From positions 582,447 through 646,446 of the forward strand of contig JAQVIJ010000001.1 in assembly GCA_028695735.1 (NCBI GenBank): a DNA stretch of 64,000 nt. The letters run 5' to 3'. Positions 47,520-56,260 of this stretch are shown one piece after another (the first letter of the stretch is position 1; each line of letters starts with the position of its first letter). A model generated the notes under the pieces. It was not told the DNA's origin and made no database searches. It saw only the letters and a program-made list of their open reading frames with translations. Both the position numbers and the translations under genes were made by a program. The stretch comes from Deltaproteobacteria bacterium (GTDB lineage Bacteria > Desulfobacterota > Dissulfuribacteria > Dissulfuribacterales > DYLC01).

Positions 47520-48821
47520 ATGGAGTTGCTTTTTGAAAATGCCAGGTTGATAGACCCTGCCTCAGGCCTTGATGAAATGGGTGCTGTTTTGGTGAGAAAT
47601 GGCCGCATTGCGGGCATATTTTTGCTCAAAGACGGTTTTTCTGGGGAATTTACGCATCTTTTGCCCTCGCAGCGTTTCAATCTAAAGGGCCGTTGGCTGG
47701 TGCCTGGTCTCATTGACATGCATGTGCATCTGCGGGAGCCTGGAGAGGAATATAAAGAGACCATTGCCACCGGCACCAGGGCGGCTGCAGCAGGCGGTTT
47801 TGTGGCCGTTGCCTGCATGCCCAATACCAAACCAGTAAACGACGATGTGACGGTCACCACCTTTATTCGGCATAAGGCCGCCATGGAGGGCAGTGCAAGA
47901 GTCTATCCTGTGGCCTGTATCACCAAGGGCCAGGCAGGCCAGGCCTTGACAGAGATGGGGATGTTGCTGGAGGCAGGGGCCATAGCCTTTTCAGACGATG
48001 GAAGGCCTGTGAAGGACTCGGCTGTGATGCGCCTGGCCATGGAGTATGCACGGGGCTTTGATGCCCTCATCATCTCCCATGCCGAGGAGCTGGGCCTGGT
48101 GGCAGATGGTGTCATGAATGAAGGCCGTATGTCTCAGCTCTTGGGCCTGAAGGGGATACCCTCGGTAGCCGAGGAGATAGCCGTGTTTCGTGACATAGCC
48201 CTGGCCAAATACACGGGTGCCAGGCTGCACATAGCCCATGTGAGCACAAAGGCCGCAGTGGAGCTGATTCGCAGGGCCAAGGCTGAAGGTGTGGGTGTGA
48301 CAGCCGAGACCGCCCCCCATTATTTCACGCTGACCGAGGAGGCCGTGAATGGCTACAACACCAATGCAAAGATGAACCCTCCCCTTCGCACAGAAGAGGA
48401 CCGGCAGGCTGTGATAGAGGGCTTGAAGGATGGGACATTGGATGCCATTGCCACTGACCATGCGCCTCATAGCAGCCTGGAAAAGGAGGTGGAATTCGAT
48501 AGGGCGGCCAACGGTATAATCGGCTTGGAGACCGCCGTCTCCCTTTCCTTGGAACTGGTGCGCAGACACGGCATGAACCCCTTACAGCTCATCGCCTGTC
48601 TTTCCTGGAACCCTGCCCGTATTTTAAGGGTGGCAGGAGGAAGCCTGCGAGTCAATGAACCTGCTGACCTCTGTGTCATAGATGTGGATATGCCCTTTGA
48701 GGTCACAAGGGAAAACCTCTTTTCCAAGAGCTGTAATACGCCGTTTTTAGGACAGCGCCTCACCGGTCGAGTGGTGTTGACCATGAAGGCAGGGGTTGTG
48801 ACACATAGCCTTCTCAATTAG
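47520..48821 (+). CDS. pyrC: Dihydroorotase
   Basis: About 433 aa. IDMHVHLREPG, the carbamyl-Lys region and TDHAPH motif. A GTG at 47517 is an alternative start. Confidence 0.9.
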   Translation: MELLFENARLIDPASGLDEMGAVLVRNGRIAGIFLLKDGFSGEFTHLLPSQRFNLKGRWLVPGLIDMHVHLREPGEEYKETIATGTRAAAAGGFVAVACMPNTKPVNDDVTVTTFIRHKAAMEGSARVYPVACITKGQAGQALTEMGMLLEAGAIAFSDDGRPVKDSAVMRLAMEYARGFDALIISHAEELGLVADGVMNEGRMSQLLGLKGIPSVAEEIAVFRDIALAKYTGARLHIAHVSTKAAVELIRRAKAEGVGVTAETAPHYFTLTEEAVNGYNTNAKMNPPLRTEEDRQAVIEGLKDGTLDAIATDHAPHSSLEKEVEFDRAANGIIGLETAVSLSLELVRRHGMNPLQLIACLSWNPARILRVAGGSLRVNEPADLCVIDVDMPFEVTRENLFSKSCNTPFLGQRLTGRVVLTMKAGVVTHSLLN

Positions 48822-48827
48822 GGACCT

Positions 48828-50315
48828 ATGGCTCTTATCCTTTTGGTGGACGATGATCGAAGCCTGCGGGAGTTTTTAGAGATATTCCTCAAAAAGGAGG
48901 GGTATAGTGTCCTGTCTGCGGCCAATGCCGCAGAGGCCTTGAATCTCCTGAAGGCCCATGAAGGGATTAGAGTGGTGATCAGTGATATCCGTATGCCTGA
49001 CATGAGTGGCATTGAGCTATTAAGGCATGTCAAGGCCTTGAGGCCAGAGTTGCCGGTGGTCTTGATCACTGCCTTCGCCTCCATGGATACGGCCATCTCG
49101 GCCATGAAGGAAGGGGCATGGGACTATCTGACCAAGCCCTTTCGATTAGATGAGGTGCGCAGGGTCTTACAGAATGCCTTAAGTAGTGGCGTATCGTCAG
49201 CAACTACCGCAGGCCCTGATGCAGTGAGTGTTTCTGACCGGATACTCCATGCCCGGGGGCAGACCGCCGAGGCCAGTCCTGGTGTCTGCCCCCCTATACA
49301 TCGTCTGGATGCCATGGTGGCATGCAGTCCTGCCATGCTCAAGGTCTTTCAGCTCATTAAAAGGGTGGCCTCCAGCCCTTCCAGCGTCTTGATAACAGGT
49401 GAAAGCGGCACGGGAAAGGAACTGGTTGCACGGGCACTGCACAACCTGGGCAATCGGGCAAGCCAGCCCTTTGTGGTGGTGAATTGCGGCGGCATTCCAG
49501 AAAACCTGCTGGAGACCGAGCTCTTTGGTCATGTAAAAGGGGCATTTACAGGTGCAGATCGAGAGAAGGTGGGGCTCTTTGCCCTGGCGGACACAGGGAC
49601 CCTCTTTTTGGATGAGATAGGTGAGTTGCCCATGTCGCTTCAAGTGAAGTTATTGCGGGTGGTGCAGCAGAAGACCTTTATGCCTGTGGGTGGCACCAGG
49701 GAACAGCGAGTGGATGTGCGCATCGTTGCTGCCACCAACAGGGATTTGGAACAAGAGGTCATGGCCAAAAGGTTTCGAGAGGACCTCTTCTATCGTCTAA
49801 ATGTCATTCACATACACATCCCTCCACTTCGGGAGCGGCCTGAGGATATCCCTGTGTTAGTTCAGTATTTTTTGGATAAATTTGCCAGGGAACAGGGTAA
49901 GAGCCTTCAGGGTATCTCCAGTTTTGCCATGCAGATTCTGCAGGGGTACTCCTTCCCCGGAAATGTCAGGGAGTTGGAAAACATAGTGGAAAGGAGCGTT
50001 GCCCTGGAGACCTCCGGTATTTTGCTGCCGGAAAGCCTCTCCATCTCCCGTTTCAAAGAGAAGACAGAGACCTCTTTGGCTCAACAAGGGGGAAAAGGGG
50101 AGAGCAGCGAGGAGATATGCGTGATCCCTTCCTTTGAGGCATTTGAGATACCCAGGGAAGGAATGGAGCTGGACGGATTTCTGGCGCGTATTGAAAAGAC
50201 TCTGATTTTAAAGGCATTGCAGGCAGCCCATGGTTCCAAGACAGAGGCCGCAAGGCTTCTAAAGATCAACTTTCGTTCCTTTCGCTATCGTCTGGATAAA
50301 TACGGCATAGAATAA
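48828..50315 (+). CDS. Sigma-54-dependent response regulator (REC-AAA+-HTH, NtrC family)
   Basis: 495 aa. REC (VISDIRMPDMSG), GESGTGKE Walker A, GAFTGA motif and a C-terminal Fis-type HTH. Confidence 0.9.
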   Translation: MALILLVDDDRSLREFLEIFLKKEGYSVLSAANAAEALNLLKAHEGIRVVISDIRMPDMSGIELLRHVKALRPELPVVLITAFASMDTAISAMKEGAWDYLTKPFRLDEVRRVLQNALSSGVSSATTAGPDAVSVSDRILHARGQTAEASPGVCPPIHRLDAMVACSPAMLKVFQLIKRVASSPSSVLITGESGTGKELVARALHNLGNRASQPFVVVNCGGIPENLLETELFGHVKGAFTGADREKVGLFALADTGTLFLDEIGELPMSLQVKLLRVVQQKTFMPVGGTREQRVDVRIVAATNRDLEQEVMAKRFREDLFYRLNVIHIHIPPLRERPEDIPVLVQYFLDKFAREQGKSLQGISSFAMQILQGYSFPGNVRELENIVERSVALETSGILLPESLSISRFKEKTETSLAQQGGKGESSEEICVIPSFEAFEIPREGMELDGFLARIEKTLILKALQAAHGSKTEAARLLKINFRSFRYRLDKYGIE

Positions 50316-50316
50316 A

Positions 50317-52095
50317 ATGCTCAATCATTTTCGCCGCGCCTTTCATTCGAAGGCCTCAGAAGAGGCAAAAGATACCCGCTTTTCCTTTGAATGGGAGTTG
50401 TTTTCTCCTGAACCCCTGGATTATAGGCAGTTTCAATGGCTCACATGGGGCAGGCTGGTCCTGGTGCTTTTTCTGCTTGCCGCCATCTTTCTGTTTTCCA
50501 ACTACCTCGGCCCCATTGGAAGGCTGCCGGATGTCTTGGTCAAGGTGGCCTATCTCTCTTTGGCTGCCCTGGCCGTAACCTATGGTTACATTCAGTGGTA
50601 TAAGACAGGCAAGTGGTTGAGACAGTTGTCCCTGCTTCAGATCTCTTTGGACATTCTGTTTGTAGCAGCGGTGGTCTATGTAACAGGAATGGCATTTAGT
50701 CCGTTTCTGTTTCTGTTCCCTGTCATTGTGGTGGCTGCCTGCCTGTTGCAGGGCAGACAGGGCGGTCAGTTTGCAGCGGTTGCCTGTACTGTGCTGTATG
50801 TGGGGATAGTCGGGCTGGACAGGGCCTTTTTTCTACAGGACACCTCCAATCTCATTGTTTTTTTTGTGAATATCATCGTGGTGAATATCACGGCCCTGTT
50901 GGTAGGCGTCCTGGCCGAGCGCTTGAGGCGTGCGGAACGCCGTCTCTCAGTGGCCGTTGTGGATCTGAGGCGTTTAAGGGAGATGGAGCGGCATCTGGCC
51001 GACAATTTAGTGTCAGGCCTTGTGATGTTAAATACTGAAGGTCATATTTTGGCATTGAACAGACGCGCAGAGGCCATTTTGGGGGTTAGGTCCACTGATT
51101 ATGCTGGCAGGCTGCTTTCTGAGCTCTGGCCTGCCATAGGGCCTGATTTTGATGAGATCAGGGCCTGGTTTGCAAAAACAGAGGGTCTGCGCAGGGAGAT
51201 ACTCCACAATGCACCTTCAGGTGAGATCCTTTTGGGGCTTTCAGGATTTGCCATGCAGGATGAAAAGGGTGGGCTTTTGGGCTATGGCATCATCTTTCAG
51301 GACCTGACCGAGATCAGACGGCAAGAGGAGAGGCTTCGACGAGTGGAGAGGCTGGCCTCTTTGGGCGAAATGGCCGCAGGCATGGCCCATGAGATTCGAA
51401 ATCCCCTGGCCTCCATATCAGGGGTGGTGGAATTTTTGCAGGAAGGGGGCATGGTAACCGCCGATGGCGCAAAACTTCTGGAAATCCTGCAGCGGGAGAT
51501 TCAACGGCTGACCGAGCTCACTCAGGCCTTTTTGTTGTATGCCAGGCCTGAAAGGGGCGGTGAGCAGCCTGTAAATCTCTTGAATGCCATAAATGAGACC
51601 CTGGGGCTTTTAAGCAGCCGCAAGTTGGCTGGCCTGCATGTGAATATACAGGTCCCTTCCGAGCTGTGTGTCGTGGTCAATCCCACCCAGTTTCGTCAGG
51701 TATTGTGGAATCTGCTTTTAAATGCTGTGCAGGCCATGATGCCCAAGCTGGAGAAGGGAGAGGATGTCACGCTATTTGTGGGAGTGGAACCAGTGAGCCA
51801 GGTGGGCGTTTTCGATGCGGTTGAGGCGAAAACTACTCAAAAAACCAGTGAGCAAAAGGCTCTCAGTCGAGTCAGCCTTATCGTGGAGGACAGTGGAGTG
51901 GGGATACCTGAAGGCCAGTTGAGTCGCATATTTGAGCCGTTTTTTACCACTCGAGGCGATGGCACTGGCCTGGGGCTTTCCATCGTGCAGAGGTTGGTGG
52001 AGGCCTGGGGAGGCTCTGTGGAGTGTTCTTCTCAAGAGGGTGTGGGGACCAGATTCAGGGTGCTGTTGCCTGTTTCAGATTCTCCAAAAACCTGA
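50317..52095 (+). CDS. Membrane sensor histidine kinase (multi-TM N-domain, PAS, HisKA, HATPase_c)
   Basis: 592 aa. 5-6 TM helices, canonical H-box MAHEIRNPL and G boxes (DSGVGI, GTGLGLS). Confidence 0.85.
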   Translation: MLNHFRRAFHSKASEEAKDTRFSFEWELFSPEPLDYRQFQWLTWGRLVLVLFLLAAIFLFSNYLGPIGRLPDVLVKVAYLSLAALAVTYGYIQWYKTGKWLRQLSLLQISLDILFVAAVVYVTGMAFSPFLFLFPVIVVAACLLQGRQGGQFAAVACTVLYVGIVGLDRAFFLQDTSNLIVFFVNIIVVNITALLVGVLAERLRRAERRLSVAVVDLRRLREMERHLADNLVSGLVMLNTEGHILALNRRAEAILGVRSTDYAGRLLSELWPAIGPDFDEIRAWFAKTEGLRREILHNAPSGEILLGLSGFAMQDEKGGLLGYGIIFQDLTEIRRQEERLRRVERLASLGEMAAGMAHEIRNPLASISGVVEFLQEGGMVTADGAKLLEILQREIQRLTELTQAFLLYARPERGGEQPVNLLNAINETLGLLSSRKLAGLHVNIQVPSELCVVVNPTQFRQVLWNLLLNAVQAMMPKLEKGEDVTLFVGVEPVSQVGVFDAVEAKTTQKTSEQKALSRVSLIVEDSGVGIPEGQLSRIFEPFFTTRGDGTGLGLSIVQRLVEAWGGSVECSSQEGVGTRFRVLLPVSDSPKT

Positions 52096-52762
52096 TCAAA
52101 AGCCCTTCCAGGGCAAGAAAATCCCCTTTTTTTGAAAATATGGTAGCGGTGTCCTGAATATAGGGCCCCTTTTCATTTGTGGCTTCCGCATCGTTTTTGA
52201 GCATGTCCTGGGCGCTGGCCCAGGTGGTCTCTAAATGAAACTGCAGTCCTACTGCCCTGTTGTCGAGCGTGGCAAAGGCCTGATTGCGACATGCCTTGGA
52301 ACTGGCCAATAGTTCTGCTGAGTCTGGAATCTCAAAGGTATCTCCGTGCCAGTGAAAGGCCTGAAATGTGGAGGGAATGCCCTTAAAAAGCGGGGAGTCA
52401 AGCCCGGCCTGCGTGAGCGTGACCGGAAACCAACCTATCTCCTTGTAGGCGTTTTTTCGCACTGAGGCACCCAGCACACTTGCCAGCACCTGCGCCCCAA
52501 GACAGATGCCCAGCACGGTCCTGGCGTTTTTGAGTGCTGTCTCTATAAAGGCCTTTTCGGTCTTCAGCCATGGAAACTTGTCCTCTTCATATGCGCCCAT
52601 GGAACCGCCCATGACCACAAGCCAGTCAAAGGAGTCAGGGGCTGGAAAGGCATCCCCTTTGTAGATATGAGTGAAGCTGGTGAAGGCGCCTTGTGCCACA
52701 GCCCAATCCAGTATGCCGGCAGGGCCTTCCAATGGTTCGTGTTGTATGAAATGTATGCGCAT
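52055..52762 (-). CDS. Class I glutamine amidotransferase-like protein
   Basis: 235 aa. GICLGAQ nucleophile elbow and HWH...E triad region. The 3' end overlaps the convergent kinase gene by 41 nt. Confidence 0.8.
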   Translation of the reverse strand: MRIHFIQHEPLEGPAGILDWAVAQGAFTSFTHIYKGDAFPAPDSFDWLVVMGGSMGAYEEDKFPWLKTEKAFIETALKNARTVLGICLGAQVLASVLGASVRKNAYKEIGWFPVTLTQAGLDSPLFKGIPSTFQAFHWHGDTFEIPDSAELLASSKACRNQAFATLDNRAVGLQFHLETTWASAQDMLKNDAEATNEKGPYIQDTATIFSKKGDFLALEGLLIRFLENLKQATAP

Positions 52763-52775
52763 TTTTAGCCTCTTT

Positions 52776-53906
52776 TTACTTGAGCAGGTTTTTCATGGCC
52801 TCTCGAGAGGCCAGTTCCCGGCGTTCTTCATATGCCCTTCTGGCGATTCTCACATCCTCAACAAAATACTCCAGTTCCCTCATGGTCAGGGCCTGCGGGC
52901 CGTCACACAAGGCCATTTCAGGCCTGGGATGGCACTCCACCAAGACCATATTTGCGCCTGCGATGACACCTTGGGCGCAGGCTTGAAACATGTCGAGTAT
53001 GCCGTCGCTGCCCCTGTCTTTTGTGCCCACAGCATGGGTTGGGTCCACACACACAGGCAGACGGGTCAGGCGCTTGACCACGGGCACATGAATGAAGTCC
53101 ACCAGATTGCGGTGGGGGTCGCCCAGACGGGTCTTTACACCGCGAAGACATACGATGATCTTGCGATTGCCCTCGCTGGCGATGTATTCGCAGGCATTCA
53201 AGGCCTCTTCCAGGGGTAGGCCCATGCCTCGCTTGTAGAGAACCGGGTATTCCTGCTGGGCCCCCACCTCTTTGAGCAGTTCAAAGTTTTGCGCATTTCG
53301 AGTGCCTATTTGCAGCATTACGCCCGTGGGTCTCCCAGCCTTTTCCAGGGCCTTTTGTATCTCTTCTATATGAATTTCCTTCAACACCTCCATGGCTACA
53401 ACTCGAATGCCGTATTTACCTGCCAGTTCAAAGAGCCAGGGCAGACAGGAGGCCCCATGGCCCTGAAAGTCATAGGGGCTGGTGCGGGGTTTGTATGCAC
53501 CCATTCGAGCGGTCTGTATGCCGAGGCGTTGCAGGTTCTTGAATACGATCTCCACATGTTCACGCGTATCCACCGCACAGAGCCCAAGGAATATGTGAAA
53601 GCTGTCTTGATTGAAGAGAAGGCCGTTGTATTCAAAACCCAGTTGGTCGAGCTGGCCTCCATGCCTGCCGATCTGCCTGTATTTGCTGGAGACCCGCACC
53701 ACGCGTTCCACGCCGGGCATGCGCTCGATGTGTTCTCCTGGAATGTCGTGCGTGGGGCCGATGAGGTATATCTCTGTCACTACGCGGCTGGTGCCCCGAA
53801 CACCCGAAACAGATGTCTTCAGGCCGGGGAAAAGGCTGAGGTACTCCAGAAGATTGGACATTTCAGGGCCGTTTGGGTCTATCTCGGGTTTCATTATGAT
53901 GATCAT
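52776..53906 (-). CDS. 3-deoxy-7-phosphoheptulonate (DAHP) synthase, type I-beta with an N-terminal regulatory domain
   Basis: 376 aa. KPRTSPYDFQG and DPTHA motifs. The roughly 80-aa N-terminal extension (MIIIMKPE...) is like Thermotoga-type enzymes. Confidence 0.85.
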   Translation of the reverse strand: MIIIMKPEIDPNGPEMSNLLEYLSLFPGLKTSVSGVRGTSRVVTEIYLIGPTHDIPGEHIERMPGVERVVRVSSKYRQIGRHGGQLDQLGFEYNGLLFNQDSFHIFLGLCAVDTREHVEIVFKNLQRLGIQTARMGAYKPRTSPYDFQGHGASCLPWLFELAGKYGIRVVAMEVLKEIHIEEIQKALEKAGRPTGVMLQIGTRNAQNFELLKEVGAQQEYPVLYKRGMGLPLEEALNACEYIASEGNRKIIVCLRGVKTRLGDPHRNLVDFIHVPVVKRLTRLPVCVDPTHAVGTKDRGSDGILDMFQACAQGVIAGANMVLVECHPRPEMALCDGPQALTMRELEYFVEDVRIARRAYEERRELASREAMKNLLK

Positions 53907-54080
53907 AGGGCATCCTTGAATTACAGGGAGATTATTAAAATCGCATTGAGAGCAAGATATTTCGAATGATTGCAGGTGTCAATATGAACTCAAATTTCGT
54001 GCCTGAATTTATTGCAACACGATAACATCCCAAATTGTGCGAACAAATGCCGGCTGCCCTTGCCCCAAAATTGTTTCCTT

Positions 54081-54267
54081 TAACCCCACCCCGTCCCTCC
54101 CCTTGTCAGGGGAGGGTGATAACCTGCAACTCGCGCCGGAAGATAACACTATCCGTGCCATCGTAGGGGCGACCGGCCGGTCGCCCCTACTTCCCCCCTG
54201 ATCTTCCCCCCCCCTGATAAGGGGGGATTGAGAGGGGTTGGGGGGATTGAGGGGGGTTGTTTTTGAT
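54081..54267. repeat. Composite G/C-tract hairpin repeat element, copy B, with an embedded 28-nt perfect palindrome
   Basis: TAACCCCACCCCGTCCCTCCCCTTGTCAGGGGAGGGTGATAACC (54081-54124). Palindrome GTAGGGGCGACCGG/CCGGTCGCCCCTAC (54163-54190). Then CTGATAAGGGGGGATTGAG(A/G)GGGGTT with a partial internal duplication, ending GTTGTTTTTGA as in copy A. Confidence 0.85.
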
Positions 54268-54356
54268 TCTGCCTCATGGTTGTTATTCCCTCACCAAATA
54301 GGCATGGTGGCTATGGGGATCGAAAAGAGAAAATTTTAGGAATGCTTGTTTTTTGC

Positions 54357-54385
54357 TTGACATGGCCAATCAAATATGCTTAATA
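54357..54385 (+). promoter_or_regulatory. Candidate sigma-70 promoter of the perR-like gene
   Basis: TTGACA (54357-54362), a 17-nt spacer, TTAATA (54380-54385). Confidence 0.5.
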
Positions 54386-54397
54386 ATAATCATTCAC
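54379..54397. promoter_or_regulatory. Fur/PerR-box-like operator overlapping the perR -10 element (autoregulation candidate)
   Basis: CTTAATAATAATCATTCAC matches 14 of 19 positions of the classical Fur box GATAATGATAATCATTATC. Confidence 0.4.
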
Positions 54398-54414
54398 ATC
54401 AAGGGGGTGTAAAT

Positions 54415-54825
54415 TTGAACACAAGTAGTGGAAAATTACGTAACACAGCCCAACGGACTATTATTTTAAATGCCTTAAGGGGCTTAAAAACCCATCCGAC
54501 TGCGGATGAGCTGTATGAAGTGGTCAAAAAAGAGATGCCGAAGATCAGCCTTGGCACCGTCTATCGCAATCTGGTGATGCTGGCAGAGATAGGCATGATT
54601 CGAAAGCTGGAGACAGCCGGCAAGCAGATGCGTTTTGATGGCGACATCTCTGCCCATGTGCACATCAGGTGTAGCAGATGCGGCAGAGTGGATGACATCT
54701 GGGCAGACCCCATATCCATTCCAGAGCACATGAAGACCATTGACTTTCGCGGCTACCAGGTGACCGGCTATGCCCTGGAATATGAGGGAATCTGTCCTGA
54801 TTGCGCCAAAAAAGGCATGAACTGA
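54415..54825 (+). CDS. perR: Fur-family peroxide-responsive repressor (PerR-like)
   Basis: Fur fold (ISLGTVYRNLVMLAEIGMI) with HIRCSRCG...CPDC sites. The ORF-track ATG at 54376 lies inside the predicted promoter, so I propose TTG 54415 (or GTG 54409) after the AGGGGG RBS. Confidence 0.75.
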   Translation: MNTSSGKLRNTAQRTIILNALRGLKTHPTADELYEVVKKEMPKISLGTVYRNLVMLAEIGMIRKLETAGKQMRFDGDISAHVHIRCSRCGRVDDIWADPISIPEHMKTIDFRGYQVTGYALEYEGICPDCAKKGMN

Positions 54826-54910
54826 TTTCAATTTTTGCATCTTGTCACTGTTTTTTGCCATAATTTTGCCCGTCTTGTCATTTGGATGTGGTAAAGGGCT
54901 TATTCTGCGC

Positions 54911-54925
54911 TTATAATTTTTATTG
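54911..54925. promoter_or_regulatory. PerR-box-like site overlapping a TATAAT -10 upstream of rbr
   Basis: TTATAATTTTTATTG against the B. subtilis PerR box TTATAATNATTATAA (11 of 14). TATAAT lies at 54912-54917. Confidence 0.4.
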
Positions 54926-54959
54926 TCTTTTGATTTGAAATTTACATACAGGAGGAGAC

Positions 54960-55535
54960 ATGAAAAAACTCAAAGGAACCCAGACCGAACGCAACATACT
55001 GACCGCCTTTGCCGGTGAATCCCAGGCACGAAACCGCTATACCTTTTTTGCCGGCCAGGCCAAGAAGGATGGCTATGTGCAGATAGCCGATATCTTTGAG
55101 GAGACGGCCAACCAGGAGAAGGAACACGCCAAGAGGCTCTTTAAGCTGTTGGAGGGCGGCGAGGTGGAGATTCAGGCCGCCTTTCCCGCCGGCATCATCT
55201 CCAATACCTATGACAATCTCATAGCCGCAGCCAATGGAGAAAACTATGAACAGACCATCATGTATCCTGGTTTTGCAAAGATAGCCATAGAGGAGGGCTT
55301 TCAGGAATTGGCCTGTATCTTTGAGGCCATAGCCGTGGCCGAACGCCAGCACGAGAAGCGCTATAGGGAGCTGGCTGCCAACATAGTGGCGGATCGGGTC
55401 TTCAAGCGGGATACAGAGGTGGTCTGGCGCTGCCGCAACTGCGGTTATCTGCATAAGGGTAGTGCCGCTCCGGAAAAGTGCCCTGCCTGTGCCCATCATA
55501 AGGCACATTTTGAGCTTTTGGCAGAGAATTGGTAG
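54960..55535 (+). CDS. rbr: Rubrerythrin
   Basis: 191 aa. Diiron four-helix bundle (E..E..H pairs: [29 protein letters not shown]) and a C-terminal rubredoxin-like CRNCG...CPAC. Confidence 0.95.
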   Translation: MKKLKGTQTERNILTAFAGESQARNRYTFFAGQAKKDGYVQIADIFEETANQEKEHAKRLFKLLEGGEVEIQAAFPAGIISNTYDNLIAAANGENYEQTIMYPGFAKIAIEEGFQELACIFEAIAVAERQHEKRYRELAANIVADRVFKRDTEVVWRCRNCGYLHKGSAAPEKCPACAHHKAHFELLAENW

Positions 55536-55593
55536 TTTTTTGTATTTGCAACTCAAACCATATCAAACTAAATCAAAAAAGGAGGTACTTGTC

Positions 55594-56232
55594 ATGTGTG
55601 AGTTTGTTACCAACGAGGCACCTAACTTCAAGGCAACCGCTGTAATGGCCGACAATTCCTTTAAGGAGATCAGCCTGTCGGACTATAGGGGTAAGTATGT
55701 GCTCCTGTTCTTCTATCCGCTGGATTTTACCTTTGTCTGCCCTTCCGAGATACTGGCCTTTGACAGGGCGGTTGACGAATTTCAAAAGAGAAACTGTGAG
55801 GTGATCGGTGTGTCTGTGGACTCCCATTTCACTCACTTGGCCTGGAAGGAGACCCCTGTGGAAAAGGGCGGCATCGGTTCTGTGAGATTTCCATTGGTGG
55901 CCGACCTGTCCAAGTCCATCTCCCGTGACTATGGCGTGCTTTTGGAAAGCGGCATAGCCCTTCGCGGCCTGTTCCTCATAGACAAGGACGGCATTATTCG
56001 CCACATGCTGGTCAATGACCTGCCCCTGGGCAGAAGCGTGGATGAGGCCCTGAGAGTCCTGGATGCCCTCCAGTTTGTGGAGAAGCACGGAGAGGTCTGC
56101 CCTGCCAACTGGAAGCCTGGCGAAGAGGCCATGAAGCCTACCAAGGAGGGGGTGGCGGAGTACCTGGCCAAACATGCCAAGCCGGCTGCCTCCTGTTGCT
56201 CCACCGGCGGCGGTTCCTGTTGCTGTTCATAG
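55594..56232 (+). CDS. Typical 2-Cys peroxiredoxin (AhpC/Prx1 type) with a Cys-rich C-terminal tail
   Basis: I trimmed the start to ATG 55594 (GGAGG at 55581). The peroxidatic site is DFTFVCPSE and the resolving site is GEVCPANW. An extra tail follows: [18 protein letters not shown]. Confidence 0.9.
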   Translation: MCEFVTNEAPNFKATAVMADNSFKEISLSDYRGKYVLLFFYPLDFTFVCPSEILAFDRAVDEFQKRNCEVIGVSVDSHFTHLAWKETPVEKGGIGSVRFPLVADLSKSISRDYGVLLESGIALRGLFLIDKDGIIRHMLVNDLPLGRSVDEALRVLDALQFVEKHGEVCPANWKPGEEAMKPTKEGVAEYLAKHAKPAASCCSTGGGSCCCS

Positions 56233-56260
56233 TTACAGATTCCATTCATAAGGAGGACAT

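Noticed and set aside
47505-47522. pyrB ends in a TGA that is in frame with the pyrC start. This could be a read-through fusion.
   Set aside because: A GAAGGAGG RBS sits between them and both proteins have normal full-length termini. This is ordinary operon spacing.
54376-54414. The ATG at 54376 as the start of the PerR-like gene (149 aa).
   Set aside because: It lies between the predicted -35 and -10 elements and within the Fur-box-like operator. The encoded MLNNNHSHQGGVN has no counterpart in Fur-family N-termini. A downstream TTG or GTG after an AGGGGG RBS is more plausible, but this remains uncertain.
54942-56175. Long antisense ORFs opposite rbr and prx (204 and 200 aa). Similar shadow ORFs lie opposite many genes, for example 1099..1716, 2272..2904, 31214..31762, 40731..41444 and 60063..60590.
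   Set aside because: They are antisense to confidently identified conserved genes, have no motifs, and have the composition typical of shadow ORFs.
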